Of a stretch of 64,000 nt of DNA, positions 14,701-33,587 are shown piece after piece. The first letter of the stretch is position 1, and each line of letters opens with the position of its first letter. Made by a program: the position numbers and the translations under genes. Under the pieces are notes generated by a model. The model did not search any database. It was not told the origin of the DNA and saw only the letters and a program-made list of their open reading frames with translations. Origin of the DNA: Escherichia coli (GTDB taxonomy: Bacteria; Pseudomonadota; Gammaproteobacteria; Enterobacterales; Enterobacteriaceae); NCBI RefSeq assembly GCF_050920415.1, contig NZ_CP169309.1, one strand, 5' to 3'.

Positions 14701-15780
14701 CAGACGATCGTTAGTTGGGTCGACACGTAAGGTTTCAGAGATATACGGGCCGTGATCCAGATCGTTGGTGAACAGCGTTTCGATACGCTTGTGACCAGAC
14801 TGGCTCAGCTTAGCCAGCAGATCCAGGCTCAGCTCCATGTTCGCAGCACAGATCAGCTCACCAGTAGACTCATCAATGTAGTCTTTAGCAACCACTTTAC
14901 CTGCGATGTACTCAACCGGGACTTCGATCAGTTTGACGTCGTCTTTTTCCAGCTGGCGAATGTGGCGCGCAGTAATGCGGCGGCCTTTTTCTACGTACAC
15001 TTTACCGTTAGCTTCGATGTCAAAAGATGCGGTTTCACCACGCAGGCGTTCCGGCACCAGTTCCATCTGCAGCTTGTTATCACGGATTTCAAAGATAACT
15101 TTTTCAAAGAACAGGTCGAGGATCTGCTCTGTGGTGTAGTTCAGGGCACGCAGAATGATGGTCGCAGGCAGTTTACGGCGACGGTCGATACGTACGAACA
15201 GGTTGTCCTTCGGATCGAATTCGAAGTCCAGCCAGGAACCACGGTAAGGGATGATGCGCGCGTTATACAGCACTTTACCCGAAGAGTGGGTTTTACCTTT
15301 GTCGGAGTCAAAGAAGACGCCCGGACTACGGTGCAGCTGGGAAACGATAACACGCTCAGTACCGTTGATAACAAAGGTACCGTTGTCCGTCATGAGCGGA
15401 ATTTCGCCCATGTAGACTTCTTGTTCTTTAATGTCTTTTACGGTGCCTTCCGGCGCTTCGCGCTCATAGATCACCAGACGCAGTTTAACGCGCAGCGGTG
15501 CGGAATAGGTCACGCCACGGATTTGACATTCCTGGACGTCAAACACCGGTTCGCCAAGGCGGTAGCTGACGTATTGCAGCTCGGAATTACCGCTGTAGCT
15601 CTGAATCGGGAATACGGAACGGAAAGCAGCTTCCAGACCATACTGCCCTTCAGGATCTTGCTCGATAAATTTCTGAAACGAGTCAAGCTGGATAGAAAGG
15701 AGATAAGGTACATCCAGAACTTGTGGACGTTTACCAAAATCCTTACGAATACGTTTTTTCTCGGTATAGGAGTAAACCAT
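11752..15780 (-). CDS. rpoB: RNA polymerase beta subunit RpoB, 1342 aa
   Basis: ORF track 11752..15813 has an 11-codon extension; canonical start [16 protein letters not shown] at 15780; rifampicin-resistance region looks wild type. Confidence 0.97.
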   Translation of the reverse strand: MVYSYTEKKRIRKDFGKRPQVLDVPYLLSIQLDSFQKFIEQDPEGQYGLEAAFRSVFPIQSYSGNSELQYVSYRLGEPVFDVQECQIRGVTYSAPLRVKLRLVIYEREAPEGTVKDIKEQEVYMGEIPLMTDNGTFVINGTERVIVSQLHRSPGVFFDSDKGKTHSSGKVLYNARIIPYRGSWLDFEFDPKDNLFVRIDRRRKLPATIILRALNYTTEQILDLFFEKVIFEIRDNKLQMELVPERLRGETASFDIEANGKVYVEKGRRITARHIRQLEKDDVKLIEVPVEYIAGKVVAKDYIDESTGELICAANMELSLDLLAKLSQSGHKRIETLFTNDLDHGPYISETLRVDPTNDRLSALVEIYRMMRPGEPPTREAAESLFENLFFSEDRYDLSAVGRMKFNRSLLRDEIEGSGILSKDDIIDVMKKLIDIRNGKGEVDDIDHLGNRRIRSVGEMAENQFRVGLVRVERAVKERLSLGDLDTLMPQDMINAKPISAAVKEFFGSSQLSQFMDQNNPLSEITHKRRISALGPGGLTRERAGFEVRDVHPTHYGRVCPIETPEGPNIGLINSLSVYAQTNEYGFLETPYRKVIDGVVTDEIHYLSAIEEGNYVIAQANSNLDEEGHFVEDLVTCRSKGESSLFSRDQVDYMDVSTQQVVSVGASLIPFLEHDDANRALMGANMQRQAVPTLRADKPLVGTGMERAVAVDSGVTAVAKRGGVVQYVDASRIVIKVNEDEMYPGEAGIDIYNLTKYTRSNQNTCINQMPCVSLGEPVERGDVLADGPSTDLGELALGQNMRVAFMPWNGYNFEDSILVSERVVQEDRFTTIHIQELACVSRDTKLGPEEITADIPNVGEAALSKLDESGIVYIGAEVTGGDILVGKVTPKGETQLTPEEKLLRAIFGEKASDVKDSSLRVPNGVSGTVIDVQVFTRDGVEKDKRALEIEEMQLKQAKKDLSEELQILEAGLFSRIRAVLVAGGVEAEKLDKLPRDRWLELGLTDEEKQNQLEQLAEQYDELKHEFEKKLEAKRRKITQGDDLAPGVLKIVKVYLAVKRRIQPGDKMAGRHGNKGVISKINPIEDMPYDENGTPVDIVLNPLGVPSRMNIGQILETHLGMAAKGIGDKINAMLKQQQEVAKLREFIQRAYDLGADVRQKVDLSTFSDEEVMRLAENLRKGMPIATPVFDGAKEAEIKELLKLGDLPTSGQIRLYDGRTGEQFERPVTVGYMYMLKLNHLVDDKMHARSTGSYSLVTQQPLGGKAQFGGQRFGEMEVWALEAYGAAYTLQEMLTVKSDDVNGRTKMYKNIVDGNHQMEPGMPESFNVLLKEIRSLGINIELEDE

Positions 15781-16025
15781 AGGGTTCCTCAGCTCGCTGA
15801 CAAGTCGACCCATCTGTCCATTGAGCGGACAGTTTGTGCAACACTATTTTGTTGACCGGAAAATGGAACACTTTCCGCAATGCCTGTTGCTATCACGCTT
15901 AAACCATTTCATTGCGATTTACACAGAACGGGCGTCCTGTCGCAGTATATTAAGTCGTCGATAGAAACAAGCATTGAAAGGCACAGCAGTAGTCAAACAG
16001 TGTGAAACGCTACTGGCGCCTTACA

Positions 16026-16060
16026 GCGCAAAAAGGCTGGTGACTAAAAAGTCACCAGCC
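16026..16060 (-). terminator. rplL-rpoB intergenic attenuator (partial terminator)
   Basis: Minus strand: GGCTGGTGACTTTTTAGTCACCAGCC followed by TTTTTGCG, about 40 nt after the rplL stop; matches the known L7/L12-beta attenuator position. Confidence 0.7.
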
Positions 16061-16099
16061 ATCAGCCTGATTTCTCAGGCTGCAACCGGAAGGGTTGGC

Positions 16100-16465
<366 letters not shown>

Positions 16466-16531
16466 TTAAATTGTTCCTGAATATCAGAATAAGTTTATAC
16501 GTAAGCGAATGCGTTAAAAAGATAACTGCGA

Positions 16532-17029
16532 TTAAGCAGCTTCTTTCGCATCGCGTACAGCAGCCAGAGTACGAACCAGTTTGCCAGCCGAAGCTTCTTT
16601 CATGGTTGCCATCAGGCGTGCAATTGCTTCTTCGTAGGTCGGCAGAGTTGCCAGGCGGTCGATCTGAGACGCCGGGATCAGCTCACCTTCAAAGGCAGCG
16701 GCTTTGACCTCAAATTTTGCATTCGCTTTCGCGAACTCTTTGAACAGACGAGCAGCTGCGCCCGGGTGTTCCATAGAGTATGCAATCAGGGTCGGACCAA
16801 CAAACGCGTCTTTCAGGCACTCGAACGGAGTACCTTCAACAGCACGGCGCAGCAGGGTGTTACGAACAACACGCATGTATACGCCAGCTTCGCGACCTGC
16901 TTTACGCAGTTCAGTCATTTTATCTACAGTTACGCCACGGGAATCCGCAACTACTGCAGACAGCGCGCCTTTGGCTACTTCGCTGACTTCAGCAACAATC
17001 GCTTGTTTGTCTTGAAGATTTAAAGCCAT
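16532..17029 (-). CDS. rplJ: 50S ribosomal protein L10, 165 aa
   Basis: ORF track; recognisable sequence. Confidence 0.97.
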
Positions 17030-17441
17030 TAGCTTTGCTCCTGGATGTTTGCCAGAGAAAATCTCTGGAACTCACTTCACTCCTCCAAACGGAGAGAGCG
17101 TCTTAATTACGGTGAGCAGAAACAAGCCAGAATATAAAAGAATAATCTTAGCGTTCTGTCACCGTCTACGCAGGGGATTAAGTTTCTTGCGAAACTCCTG
17201 CGGTCTTCGACGGAGGCCTGGATAGGCCAGGCTCCAACGAACAAATCTTTTCTATCCGTCGCTATTCAGCTTGTAGCGGCGTTGGCTTCCTTCGTTCGCA
17301 CCAATCACATAGTTAGCTATGCTCCTGGCGACTCACTCAGTTGCCGCCTTGCTACAACCCGAATATCTCGGATATACGTCTGCATTAAGCATTATACGTG
17401 GGGGTAAGATTGTAGACAAAATCACCGCCCACGTAAAGGCA
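17030..17441 (-). promoter_or_regulatory. rplJ leader (long 5' UTR with L10-L12 autoregulatory target and promoter)
   Basis: About 410 nt ORF-free leader between rplA and rplJ, in the position where E. coli has the L10(L12)4 translational operator; assignment from established operon knowledge. Confidence 0.6.
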
Positions 17442-18737
<1,296 letters not shown>

Positions 18738-19283
18738 TTAGGCTTTTTCAACCTGGCTGAAGTCCAGCTCTACCGGGGTCGCACGACCGAAGATAGAAAC
18801 AGACACTTTCAGACGAGATTTCTCGTAATCCACTTCTTCAACAACACCGTTGAAGTCAGCGAACGGACCATCATTAACACGGACCATTTCACCCGGTTCA
18901 AACAACGTTTTCGGACGCGGCTTATCACCAACCTGCTGCAGGCGGTTCATAATCGCATCGACTTCTTTATCGCTGATTGGCGCAGGACGATCGGAAGTAC
19001 CGCCGATGAAGCCCATCACACGCGGTACGCTGCGCACCAGGTGCCAGCTCGCGTCGTTCATCACCATCTGAACGAGGACGTAGCCAGGGAAGAATTTACG
19101 TTCGCTTTTGCGACGCTGACCGCCACGGATTTCAACCACTTCTTCGGTTGGTACCATGACTTCACCAAACAAATCTTCCATGTTGTGTAATTTGATATGC
19201 TCACGCAGCGACGTTGCTACGCGGCCTTCAAAACCGGAAAACGCCTGAACGACGTACCAGCGCTTTTTAGGAGCTTCAGACAT
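18738..19283 (-). CDS. nusG: Transcription termination/antitermination factor NusG, 181 aa
   Basis: ORF track; recognisable sequence. Confidence 0.97.
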
Positions 19284-19284
19284 C

Positions 19285-19668
19285 TCAGAACCTCAGGCCA
19301 GTGATAAAGGATACCAGGCGAACCAGAATACCATCCAGTCCCCACAGGATCAGTGACATTACTGCGGTAACCGCAGCCACAATCAGCGTGGTGTGCAATG
19401 TTTCCTGGCGAGTCGGCCAAATGACCTTACGGACTTCGGTACGCGCTTCACGGGCAAAAGCAACGGTTGCTTTTCCTTTTGTCGTTAACAGCGCGACACC
19501 ACCCGCTGCAGCAATCAGAATTACTACGGCCAGCGCACGCAGCGGCAGCATAATGTCGCGATAAAGGTAGTTGCCGACAATTGCTACCAGGAGCAATGCC
19601 ACCACAACGACCCACTTCATCGCTTCCAGGCCGCGCCCGCTTCCTTGAGCTTCGGTATTCGCACTCAT
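19285..19668 (-). CDS. secE: Preprotein translocase subunit SecE, 127 aa
   Basis: ORF track; three-TM SecE; one nt gap to nusG. Confidence 0.95.
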
Positions 19669-19850
19669 AAACCAACCTGTCAGAAGTATTCTACAAACAT
19701 TTTCACCCCGCGATCGCGAGGCAAACCAAATCGAAACGCGTATTAGCTTTTCGGATTATACGCCCTCAACAGAGCCTGTCTCAGCAATGATTATGACAAA
19801 GAAAATCACTGATGAGCCAGGTTCTGGTACGAAAGCGTGCAAAAAGGGCA

Positions 19851-19878
19851 TCAAATGATGCCCTTTTAGTGCGCATTG
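19851..19878 (-). terminator. tufB rho-independent terminator
   Basis: Minus strand: GGGCATCATTTGATGCCC followed by TTTTTGCAC, about 25 nt after the tufB stop. Confidence 0.7.
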
Positions 19879-19897
19879 CGTCAAATGTTATCGGCAA

Positions 19898-21118
<1,221 letters not shown>

Positions 21119-21196
21119 TCACCACATCAACCAGGCAACATGCCCGACTTGTTGAATGCAATAAACAGAAGGAAAAAACAGGGAGGAGAAAAGAAG

Positions 21197-21272
21197 TGGT
21201 GCTGATAGGCAGATTCGAACTGCCGACCTCACCCTTACCAAGGGTGCGCTCTACCAACTGAGCTATATCAGC
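21197..21272 (-). tRNA. thrT: tRNA-Thr (anticodon GGU)
   Basis: Minus-strand sequence GCTGATATAGCTCAGTTGGTAGAGC...CCTTGGTAAGGG...ACCA; cloverleaf with GGT anticodon and encoded CCA. Confidence 0.93.
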
Positions 21273-21278
21273 ACATCT

Positions 21279-21353
<75 letters not shown>

Positions 21354-21469
21354 ATCCTGGAACTCGGCTACCTGATTTTCATTCTGCACTGAATATCGAG
21401 AGAAGCTCTCTTTATTCGAGCCGGTAAGCGAACTTATCGTCTCGGGCTACGCCATCGCGTGGCCGAAAT

Positions 21470-21554
<85 letters not shown>

Positions 21555-21562
21555 GGACTTGA

Positions 21563-21638
<76 letters not shown>

Positions 21639-21999
21639 ATCAAGTAGCGCGCATTCTATGGAGACATGCGAGTTCATGCAACTAAAAAATTGCATAATTT
21701 GTTTTATTGGTCACATTTTATGCGACACGATGAAGAAACAGTCGAACAGAGGGCAAATTAGCACACTTTTTCAACATCATTGTTCTCAACAATGCGCTCC
21801 TTCTAAAGCGCAATTCTTTTTATCAGATGGAATATCTGTCACATTGCTTTTCAACGATAGCTTCCTGGGAGAGATTTTTTCTTATTATTCCTCCCCATCT
21901 GGTGTTACCCTCCTGCCCATTAACCCATTCAACAGAACTGTGACGCGCCATGGCAAATATCGTTTTGCCGATAGAGCTATGACCGCCAGAAACATGCTT

Positions 22000-22950
22000 A
22001 TGAGTATAAAAGAGCAAACGTTAATGACGCCTTACCTACAGTTTGACCGCAACCAGTGGGCAGCTCTGCGTGATTCCGTACCTATGACGTTATCGGAAGA
22101 TGAGATCGCCCGTCTCAAAGGTATTAATGAAGATCTCTCGTTAGAAGAAGTTGCCGAGATCTATTTACCTCTGTCACGTTTGCTGAACTTCTATATAAGC
22201 TCGAATCTGCGCCGTCAGGCAGTTCTGGAACAGTTTCTTGGTACCAACGGGCAACGCATTCCTTACATTATCAGTATCGCAGGTAGCGTCGCGGTGGGGA
22301 AAAGTACAACCGCCCGTGTATTGCAGGCACTATTAAGCCGTTGGCCGGAGCATCGTCGTGTTGAGCTGATCACTACAGATGGCTTCCTTCACCCTAATCA
22401 GGTGCTGAAAGAACGTGGTCTGATGAAGAAGAAAGGCTTCCCGGAATCGTATGATATGCATCGCCTGGTGAAGTTTGTTTCCGATCTCAAATCCGGCGTG
22501 CCAAACGTTACGGCACCTGTTTACTCGCATCTTATTTATGATGTGATCCCGGATGGAGATAAAACGGTTGTTCAGCCTGATATTTTAATTCTTGAAGGGT
22601 TAAATGTCTTACAGAGCGGGATGGATTATCCACACGATCCACATCATGTTTTTGTTTCTGATTTTGTCGATTTTTCGATATATGTTGATGCACCGGAAGA
22701 CTTACTTCAGACGTGGTATATCAACCGTTTCCTGAAATTCCGCGAAGGGGCTTTTACAGACCCGGATTCCTATTTTCATAACTACGCGAAATTAACTAAA
22801 GAAGAAGCGATTAACACTGCCATGACATTGTGGAAAGAGATCAACTGGCTGAACTTAAAGCAAAATATTCTACCTACTCGTGAGCGCGCCAGTTTAATCC
22901 TGACAAAGAGTGCTAATCACGCGGTAGAAGAGGTCAGACTACGCAAATAA
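22000..22950 (+). CDS. coaA: Pantothenate kinase CoaA, 316 aa
   Basis: ORF track 21658..22950 is a 114-codon over-extension running into the tRNA promoter region; canonical start [15 protein letters not shown] at 22000; GKST P-loop. Confidence 0.92.
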   Translation: MSIKEQTLMTPYLQFDRNQWAALRDSVPMTLSEDEIARLKGINEDLSLEEVAEIYLPLSRLLNFYISSNLRRQAVLEQFLGTNGQRIPYIISIAGSVAVGKSTTARVLQALLSRWPEHRRVELITTDGFLHPNQVLKERGLMKKKGFPESYDMHRLVKFVSDLKSGVPNVTAPVYSHLIYDVIPDGDKTVVQPDILILEGLNVLQSGMDYPHDPHHVFVSDFVDFSIYVDAPEDLLQTWYINRFLKFREGAFTDPDSYFHNYAKLTKEEAINTAMTLWKEINWLNLKQNILPTRERASLILTKSANHAVEEVRLRK

Positions 22951-22978
22951 TTTAAAGGGGAGCTAATGCTCCCCTTTC

Positions 22979-23944
22979 TTATTTTTCTGCACTACGCAGG
23001 GATATTTCACCGCCCATCCAGGGTTTTATTATTCCATCCTGCTCAAGCAATAAAGCGCCTTGTTTGTCTATTCCGCGTGAAATGCCAAATATTTCTTTAT
23101 CACCAATGATAAGTTTCACTGGGCGATTAATAAAATTATCCAGTTTTTCCCAGCGCGACAGATAAGGTGCCAATCCTTCTTGCTCGAAGAGTTCCAGCGC
23201 CGCACGTAATTCACGTATTAGCATGGCCGCCAACGCATTACGATCGAGATTGATCCCAGCTTCCTGCAGCGTGATCCACCCCTGATTAACGATATTCTCT
23301 TCAACACGACGCATTGCCATGTTGATCCCGGCACCAATGACTATTTGCGCCGCATCGCCGGTTTTGCCAGTCAGCTCCACAAGAATACCTGCCAGCTTGC
23401 GATCCTGCAGATAGAGGTCATTCGGCCATTTAACACGAACTTTATCAGCGCCCAACTTGCGTAATACTTCCGCCATCACGATACCGATAACCAGACTTAA
23501 ACCAATCGCCGCAGCCGGGCCTTGTTCCAGACGCCAGAACATCGACAAATATAAGTTTGCGCCAAAAGGTGAAAACCATTTCCGACCTCGGCGACCACGT
23601 CCTGCCTGCTGGTATTCAGCAACGCAGGCATCACCCGATTTAAGCTCTCCGATACGATCAAGAAGGTACTGATTCGTGGAGTCAATAACTGGCAGCACGG
23701 CTACACTACCGCTATCCAGCTGACTCAATATCTGTTCAGCATTAAGTAACTGGATGGGCTCAGGCAGGCTGTATCCTTTACCCGGAACGGTAAAGACATC
23801 AACGCCCCAGTCACGCAGTGTTTGAATATGTTTATTAATGGCCGCCCGGCTCATTCCTAACGTTTCACCCAGCTGCTCACCAGAGTGAAATTCGCCATTC
23901 GCTAATAGCGTGATTAATTTTAGCGGAACGGTATTATCCTTCAT
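22979..23944 (-). CDS. birA: Biotin-[acetyl-CoA-carboxylase] ligase / bio operon repressor BirA, 321 aa
   Basis: ORF track; N-terminal HTH plus GRGRRGR biotin-binding loop. Confidence 0.95.
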   Translation of the reverse strand: MKDNTVPLKLITLLANGEFHSGEQLGETLGMSRAAINKHIQTLRDWGVDVFTVPGKGYSLPEPIQLLNAEQILSQLDSGSVAVLPVIDSTNQYLLDRIGELKSGDACVAEYQQAGRGRRGRKWFSPFGANLYLSMFWRLEQGPAAAIGLSLVIGIVMAEVLRKLGADKVRVKWPNDLYLQDRKLAGILVELTGKTGDAAQIVIGAGINMAMRRVEENIVNQGWITLQEAGINLDRNALAAMLIRELRAALELFEQEGLAPYLSRWEKLDNFINRPVKLIIGDKEIFGISRGIDKQGALLLEQDGIIKPWMGGEISLRSAEK

Positions 23945-24969
23945 GAAATCGTCTCCACTGCGCTAACTTCACCTGATGTACCAATAAAGCGAACTTCTGG
24001 CTCAAGCCAGACATTAAATTTTTCACCCACTTTCTGTCTTACATGATGTGCCAGGTGCACAATATCTTCGCTTTTTGCATTGCCTTCATTAATGAGAACT
24101 AACGCCTGTTGACGGTGTACCGCAGCCCCACCAATTTGTGTTCCTTTTAGCTGGCACTGATCGATAAGCCAACCAGCGGCCAGTTTTACTGAACCATCCG
24201 TCTGGGGATAATTTGGTGCTGTTGGAAATTGTGCCAGTAATGCTTTAGCCGTTTCGGCAGATACAACAGGGTTTTTGAAGAAACTACCGGCATTGCCATT
24301 CACTTTTGGATCAGGGAGTTTGGTGGTGCGCATATGACACACCGCATCAAATACTTGCTGTGGCGTTACGGTTGTAGGATCCAGACGAGTTAAGTCACCA
24401 TACGTTAGTACAGGTTGCCACTCTTTTGGCAGGCGCAGACCTACGGCTACAATGGCGAAGCGGTCCTGGTATTCATGTTTAAAAATACTGTCGCGATAGC
24501 CAAAACGGCACTCTTTGGCAGTTAAGCGCACTTGCTTGCCTGTCGCCAGTTCAACACAGTCAACATAAGCGCAAACTCGCTGTAATTCTACGCCATAAGC
24601 ACCAATATTCTGGATAGGTGATGAGCCGACACAACCAGGAATTAACGCCAGATTTTCCAGACCTGGCATACCTTCCTGCAAAGTGTATTTTACCAGGCGA
24701 TGCCAGTTTTCTCCGGCTCCTACATGTAAATACCACGCATCAGGTTCATCATGAATTTCGATACCTTTGATCCGGTTGATGATCACCGTGCCGCGATAGT
24801 CTTCCAGAAAAAGTACATTACTTCCTTCACCCAGAATAAGAACGGGTTGCCCTTCTGCGGTTGCATGCTGCCAGGCATTGAGTAGTTGTTGTTCGTCTTC
24901 GGCACATACAATGTGCTGAGCATTATGATCAATGCCAAATGTGTTCCAGGGTTTTAAGGAGTGGTTCAT
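23941..24969 (-). CDS. murB: UDP-N-acetylenolpyruvoylglucosamine reductase MurB, 342 aa
   Basis: ORF track; recognisable sequence; 4 nt overlap with birA. Confidence 0.95.
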   Translation of the reverse strand: MNHSLKPWNTFGIDHNAQHIVCAEDEQQLLNAWQHATAEGQPVLILGEGSNVLFLEDYRGTVIINRIKGIEIHDEPDAWYLHVGAGENWHRLVKYTLQEGMPGLENLALIPGCVGSSPIQNIGAYGVELQRVCAYVDCVELATGKQVRLTAKECRFGYRDSIFKHEYQDRFAIVAVGLRLPKEWQPVLTYGDLTRLDPTTVTPQQVFDAVCHMRTTKLPDPKVNGNAGSFFKNPVVSAETAKALLAQFPTAPNYPQTDGSVKLAAGWLIDQCQLKGTQIGGAAVHRQQALVLINEGNAKSEDIVHLAHHVRQKVGEKFNVWLEPEVRFIGTSGEVSAVETIS

Positions 24970-25055
24970 AGCTGCTTTCCTGATGCAAAAACGAGGCTAG
25001 TTTACCGTATCTGTGGGGGGATGGCTTGTAGTTATGACGACAGGAAGAGTTTGTA

Positions 25056-25089
25056 GAAACGCAAAAAGGCCCAGTCTTCCGACTGGGCC
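25056..25089 (-). terminator. rRNA operon terminator (single hairpin, T1/T2-like)
   Basis: Minus strand: GGCCCAGTCGGAAGACTGGGCC followed by TTTTTGCGTTTC, about 15 nt after the 5S 3' end. Confidence 0.75.
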
Positions 25090-25103
25090 TTCTGCTTAAT
25101 TTG

Positions 25104-25223
25104 ATGCCTGGCAGTTCCCTACTCTCGCATGGGGAGACCCCACACTACCATCGGCGCTACGGCGTTTCACTTCTGAGTTCGGCATGGGGTCAGGTGGGAC
25201 CACCGCGCTAAGGCCGCCAGGCA
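25104..25223 (-). rRNA. rrfB: 5S ribosomal RNA (120 nt)
   Basis: Minus strand begins TGCCTGGCGGCC and ends CTGCCAGGCAT; full match to the E. coli 5S sequence as recalled. Confidence 0.95.
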
Positions 25224-25316
25224 AATTCTGTTTCATCAGACCGCTTCTGCGTTCTGATTTAATCTGTATCAGGCTGAAAATCTTCTCTCAATCCGCCAAA
25301 ACATCTTCGGCGTTGT

Positions 25317-28218
<2,902 letters not shown>

Positions 28219-28412
28219 TCACAACCCGAAAATGTTTCTTTCGATTCATCATCGTGTTGCGAAAATTTGAGAGACTCACGAACAACTTTCGTTGTTCAGT
28301 GTTTCAATTTTCAGCTTGATCCAGATTTTTAAAGAGCAAATATCTTAAACATGACTCGTAAGTCATCTTTAACGATATCAAGGTCGGCGACTTTCACTCA
28401 CAAACCAGCAAG

Positions 28413-28488
28413 TGGCGTCCCCTAGGGGATTCGAACCCCTGTTACCGCCGTGAAAGGGCGGTGTCCTGGGCCTCTAGACGAAGGGGAC
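28413..28488 (-). tRNA. gltT: tRNA-Glu (anticodon UUC) in the 16S-23S spacer
   Basis: Minus-strand sequence GTCCCCTTCGTCTAGAGGCCCAGGACACCGCCCTTTCACGGCGG...GACGCCA. Confidence 0.93.
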
Positions 28489-28658
28489 ACGAAAATTGCT
28501 TATCACGCGCTGCGTGATATTTTCGTGTAGGGTGAGCTTTCATTAACAGAAAGCGAACGGCCTTATTCTCTTCAGCCTCACTCCCAACGCGTAAACGCCT
28601 TGCTATTCACTTTTCATCGACAATCTGTGTGAGCACTGCAAAGAACAGTTCTTTAAGG

Positions 28659-30200
<1,542 letters not shown>

Positions 30201-30369
30201 AAAAGTTTGATGCTCAAAGAATTAAACTTCGTAATAAATTACGTGTTCACTCTTGAGACTTGGTATTCATTTTTCGTCTTGCGACGTTAAGAATCCGTAT
30301 CTTCGAGTGCCCACACAGATTGTCTGATAAATTGTTAAAGAGCAGTGCCGCTTCGCTTTTTCTCAGCGG

Positions 30370-30535
30370 CGCGGGGTGTGCATGATACGCTTTCCCGCTC
30401 CAGAGTCAAGCATTTTTTTGCTTTTCTCTGTCGAGATTCTCAGGAGAATCTCGCTGACCCGGCGGCGTGTTTGCCGTTGTTCCGTGTCAGTGGTGGCGCA
30501 TTATAGGGAGTTATTCCGGCCTGACAAGAGGAAAT
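30370..30535 (-). promoter_or_regulatory. rRNA operon tandem promoters P1 and P2
   Basis: Minus strand: P1 TTGTCAGG...TATAATGCGCCACCACTGACACGG (-35 at 30522-30527, -10 at 30500-30505); P2 about 120 nt downstream with TTGACT -35. Confidence 0.8.
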
Positions 30536-30572
30536 TTAAAATAATTTTCCGACCGCGCAACATTCAACCAAA

Positions 30573-31430
30573 TCAGTCTAAAACTGCCAGTTTTTCGAGC
30601 GTTTCGAAGCCGTAGCGCTGTAAAACGGGCAATAATTGTTCAGCTTCTGGCGTCATTGCCATACAAAAGGCAATATTCGCATCGGCGGATTTTGCATCCG
30701 GGGCTTCATGTTCTAACAACCATGCCGTTCGGCGAGCAATCGCTGCGCCAGAATCCACCAGCCGTGTTCCCTCTGGCAGCACTTGTAACAGTTCTTCTTG
30801 TAGTAGAGGGAAGTGGGTACACCCCAGAACAACGGTATCTGGTGGCTCTTTCATTCTTAACCACGGGCGCAAGATACGCTTTAGTGCATCCAGAGAAACA
30901 TCTTCGCCATGCAGCTTCGCTTCAGCCAACTCAACCATCTCTGCCGAGCCCAGCATTTCTATCTGGCATTCATTAGCGAAACGCGCGATCAGCTCATGAG
31001 TATAAGAACGTTTAACTGTTCCGCGGGTTGCCAGTAATCCGACAATGCCATTAGCTGTCAGACGTGCCGCTGGCTTAATCGCCGGCACGACACCAACAAC
31101 CGGGAAGTCGAACTTTTCGCGTAATGCAGGAAGTGAAACGGTACTGGCGGTGTTGCAAGCGACCACTGCCAGCGCAAGGGGATAGCGTTCTTGCACTGCG
31201 GTGACAATTGCCACCACTCGCTCAACAATAAACTCTTCGCTTTTTTCGCCATACGGGAAAGCGACGTTATCGAAAGCATAAATGTAATGGAGATCCGGTA
31301 AGAGATGCCGGATCTCGTCATAGACCGACAACCCACCGACGCCGGAGTCAAACACCAGCACGGTGGGACGTGGTTCAGAAGGTGTAGCTGCCAGACAAGG
31401 TGTATTCCCGTCCTGCAGTTTGGTAGCCAT
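30573..31430 (-). CDS. murI: Glutamate racemase MurI, 285 aa
   Basis: ORF track 30573..31442; start set to MATKLQDGN; 5' end overlaps the btuB 3' end. Confidence 0.93.
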   Translation of the reverse strand: MATKLQDGNTPCLAATPSEPRPTVLVFDSGVGGLSVYDEIRHLLPDLHYIYAFDNVAFPYGEKSEEFIVERVVAIVTAVQERYPLALAVVACNTASTVSLPALREKFDFPVVGVVPAIKPAARLTANGIVGLLATRGTVKRSYTHELIARFANECQIEMLGSAEMVELAEAKLHGEDVSLDALKRILRPWLRMKEPPDTVVLGCTHFPLLQEELLQVLPEGTRLVDSGAAIARRTAWLLEHEAPDAKSADANIAFCMAMTPEAEQLLPVLQRYGFETLEKLAVLD

Positions 31431-33219
31431 AGACTGTCTCATAATCTTTGTCGAACAGGTTGGCTATTTTACCACGAACTGTCAGGTGAGAGGTGACCGG
31501 ATACGCAACCGCAAGATCCCACAAGCTCACACCGCCCATTTTCACGGTTTGATACGGCCAGGAGGAGTAATCCTTATCATAGCGAGTGCCTAAATACTGA
31601 TAAGTAATACCCCAGTCGAAGTCATACAACTGCCAGTCGAGCTGGTATTTCACCTGCTGTTTAGCACGGCGTAACAACGGCGTGTCGGTAATTGCATTGT
31701 GCGCATCGACATAATCATAACTCACAGTATGCGTCAGTGGTCCGGTATCAAAATTGGCGATCGCCTCGACGCCCTTAATTCGCGCTTTCCCTTCGTTATA
31801 GTATTTCAGGGTGTGATCATCGTAATCGATCAAGTCACTGACATCGTTACGATATCCAGAAATACGCCAGTTCACCCCAGCGGTTAAGCCTTCAAACGCG
31901 CCTTCCCACTGTTTGCTTTTCTCAGGTTCCAGATTTGGATTTCCGTAGAAGCCATACAGTTGTCCAAGATTTGGTGCCTTATAAGATGTCCCGTAGGAAG
32001 CAATGAAGCGATAGCCTTCGATGAATTCCCAACCAGCGCTGGTTTGCCAGGTTCCATGACGACCAAACTGTGAGTTATCGTCGCTGCGTGCTGCGCCTTC
32101 AAAGGTAAAATCGCCGACTTGTTGCAGCCCGGTCAGATAGATGCCGGTATTACGTTGATCATATCCATCCTCAACATAACCTGTACCCGGCGTCGTAGTC
32201 TGTTTCTGCCAGTCGACACCCGCACCAATACTACCGTGACCAACGATGACATTGTTTGCCCACTGGACGGTGTATTGCTTCATCTCATCGAGCGTCGCCG
32301 ACGAATCATAACGACCATAATGCGGATCGTAGTTGTAATCTTTGCTATGGCTATAGCTGGTAATGAGTTGTGATTTAATCAGTTCGCCGTTATAGCGCAG
32401 CCCGGCGTCCCAACTTTGGCTATAGAGTTTACGGGTATCGAGCAACGGTGAGCCGGGAGAATAATATGCGTCATAATTGGTACGGTTATCATAGCCATAG
32501 CCGCGCACAAAACCGCTCCAGACATCAGTAAAGTTATGCTCCAGCGCGCCATAAAGCGTTTTACTTAAAAAACCATCGTTATCTGGCTGAGCTTGCGTTC
32601 CGGTATTACCATAGGCGACAACATCATAACCATGAGTATGGGCATAATCGCCCAACAGCGTTACCCGTGTCTTATCTCCCAGTTGTTGCTGTGTAGAAAC
32701 ATCATAGTTCTGATAGCTATTGCTTCCCCACCCTGCTGAAATTTCCGTTCCGGGTTGATCGCGCGTCGTGATGATATTCACGACCCCACCTATTGCATCG
32801 GAACCATAGACGGCGGAGCGCGGCCCACGGATATATTCAACACGCTGGACAAGCGCAATAGGGAACTGGCTAAGGTCGGCAGAACCACTCACCCCCGCCA
32901 GATTCAGGCGGACGCCATCAATTAATACCAGCACATGACTGGCATTTGTACCGCGAATAAAAATAGATGAGAGCTGACCTGAACCGCCGTTTTGGGTGAT
33001 ATCGACACCCGGAAGACGGCGCAGCACATCATTGACCGAGGTCGACTGCCAGCGGTCGATATCCTGACGCGTCACAACGGTGGTTGGTGCAAGCACAGTG
33101 CTGCGCGGCTGTTCAAAACGGTTAGCAGTAACGACGAGAGTATCCGGGCTGGTATCCTGTGCCCAAGCGGAAAAGGCTGTGACAGAACACGCCGTCAGCA
33201 GCGAAGCTTTTTTAATCAT
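31375..33219 (-). CDS. btuB: TonB-dependent vitamin B12 outer-membrane transporter BtuB, 614 aa
   Basis: ORF track 31375..33264; canonical start [20 protein letters not shown] (signal peptide); TonB box [10 protein letters not shown]-terminal ...SGSYTF. Confidence 0.95.
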   Translation of the reverse strand: MIKKASLLTACSVTAFSAWAQDTSPDTLVVTANRFEQPRSTVLAPTTVVTRQDIDRWQSTSVNDVLRRLPGVDITQNGGSGQLSSIFIRGTNASHVLVLIDGVRLNLAGVSGSADLSQFPIALVQRVEYIRGPRSAVYGSDAIGGVVNIITTRDQPGTEISAGWGSNSYQNYDVSTQQQLGDKTRVTLLGDYAHTHGYDVVAYGNTGTQAQPDNDGFLSKTLYGALEHNFTDVWSGFVRGYGYDNRTNYDAYYSPGSPLLDTRKLYSQSWDAGLRYNGELIKSQLITSYSHSKDYNYDPHYGRYDSSATLDEMKQYTVQWANNVIVGHGSIGAGVDWQKQTTTPGTGYVEDGYDQRNTGIYLTGLQQVGDFTFEGAARSDDNSQFGRHGTWQTSAGWEFIEGYRFIASYGTSYKAPNLGQLYGFYGNPNLEPEKSKQWEGAFEGLTAGVNWRISGYRNDVSDLIDYDDHTLKYYNEGKARIKGVEAIANFDTGPLTHTVSYDYVDAHNAITDTPLLRRAKQQVKYQLDWQLYDFDWGITYQYLGTRYDKDYSSWPYQTVKMGGVSLWDLAVAYPVTSHLTVRGKIANLFDKDYETVYGYQTAGREYTLSGSYTF

Positions 33220-33224
33220 TGTAA

Positions 33225-33460
33225 AGCATCCACAATAGAAGAAGGATGCCGCAGGCTTCATCAATATTACGCGATGATGAGAACCAGATGCGACGTTAGC
33301 CGGCAGGTCTTCGGGCTTGGAGGGGTATATAAAATACTAAGAGATGATGACTTCCCACCGGATGGCAGTGTCCGCATAACGCAATCATCGCACCTTTCCT
33401 TACCGCTGCGCGTCAGCTCCAGATTTGCACTGGATTCCCTATTAACTCACAGGACCGGCG
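33225..33460 (-). promoter_or_regulatory. Cobalamin (B12) riboswitch in the btuB leader
   Basis: Minus-strand leader GCCGGTCCTGTGAGTTAATAGGGAATCCAGTGCGAATCTGGAGCTGACGCGCAGCGGTAAGGAAAGGTGCGATGATTGCG... matches the known btuB B12 element. Confidence 0.8.
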
Positions 33461-33587
33461 AGTGGATGCTACAGGTTGTAACAAGTTGCTGTCCAGACGT
33501 AGCTCACAAATAGGAATACATCAAGATCTGGACATCTGATGAGCAATCCCTACAATCGCCGCGTACATTTCATTTTCAGGATACATC

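Noticed and set aside
7578-14730. Very long antisense ORFs opposite rpoC and rpoB (7578..9353, 591 aa; 10041..11582, 513 aa; 11542..14730, 1062 aa)
   Set aside because: They are mirror frames of highly codon-biased genes; their translations are low-complexity and rich in R, T, V, F and Q with no recognisable domains, and they are fully contained within the rpoB/rpoC coding strands.
21658-21999. 114-codon N-terminal extension of coaA in the ORF track, which would start inside the tRNA operon promoter region
   Set aside because: Known CoaA is 316 aa and starts at MSIKEQ (22000); the extension has no RBS and runs through promoter and tRNA-flanking sequence.
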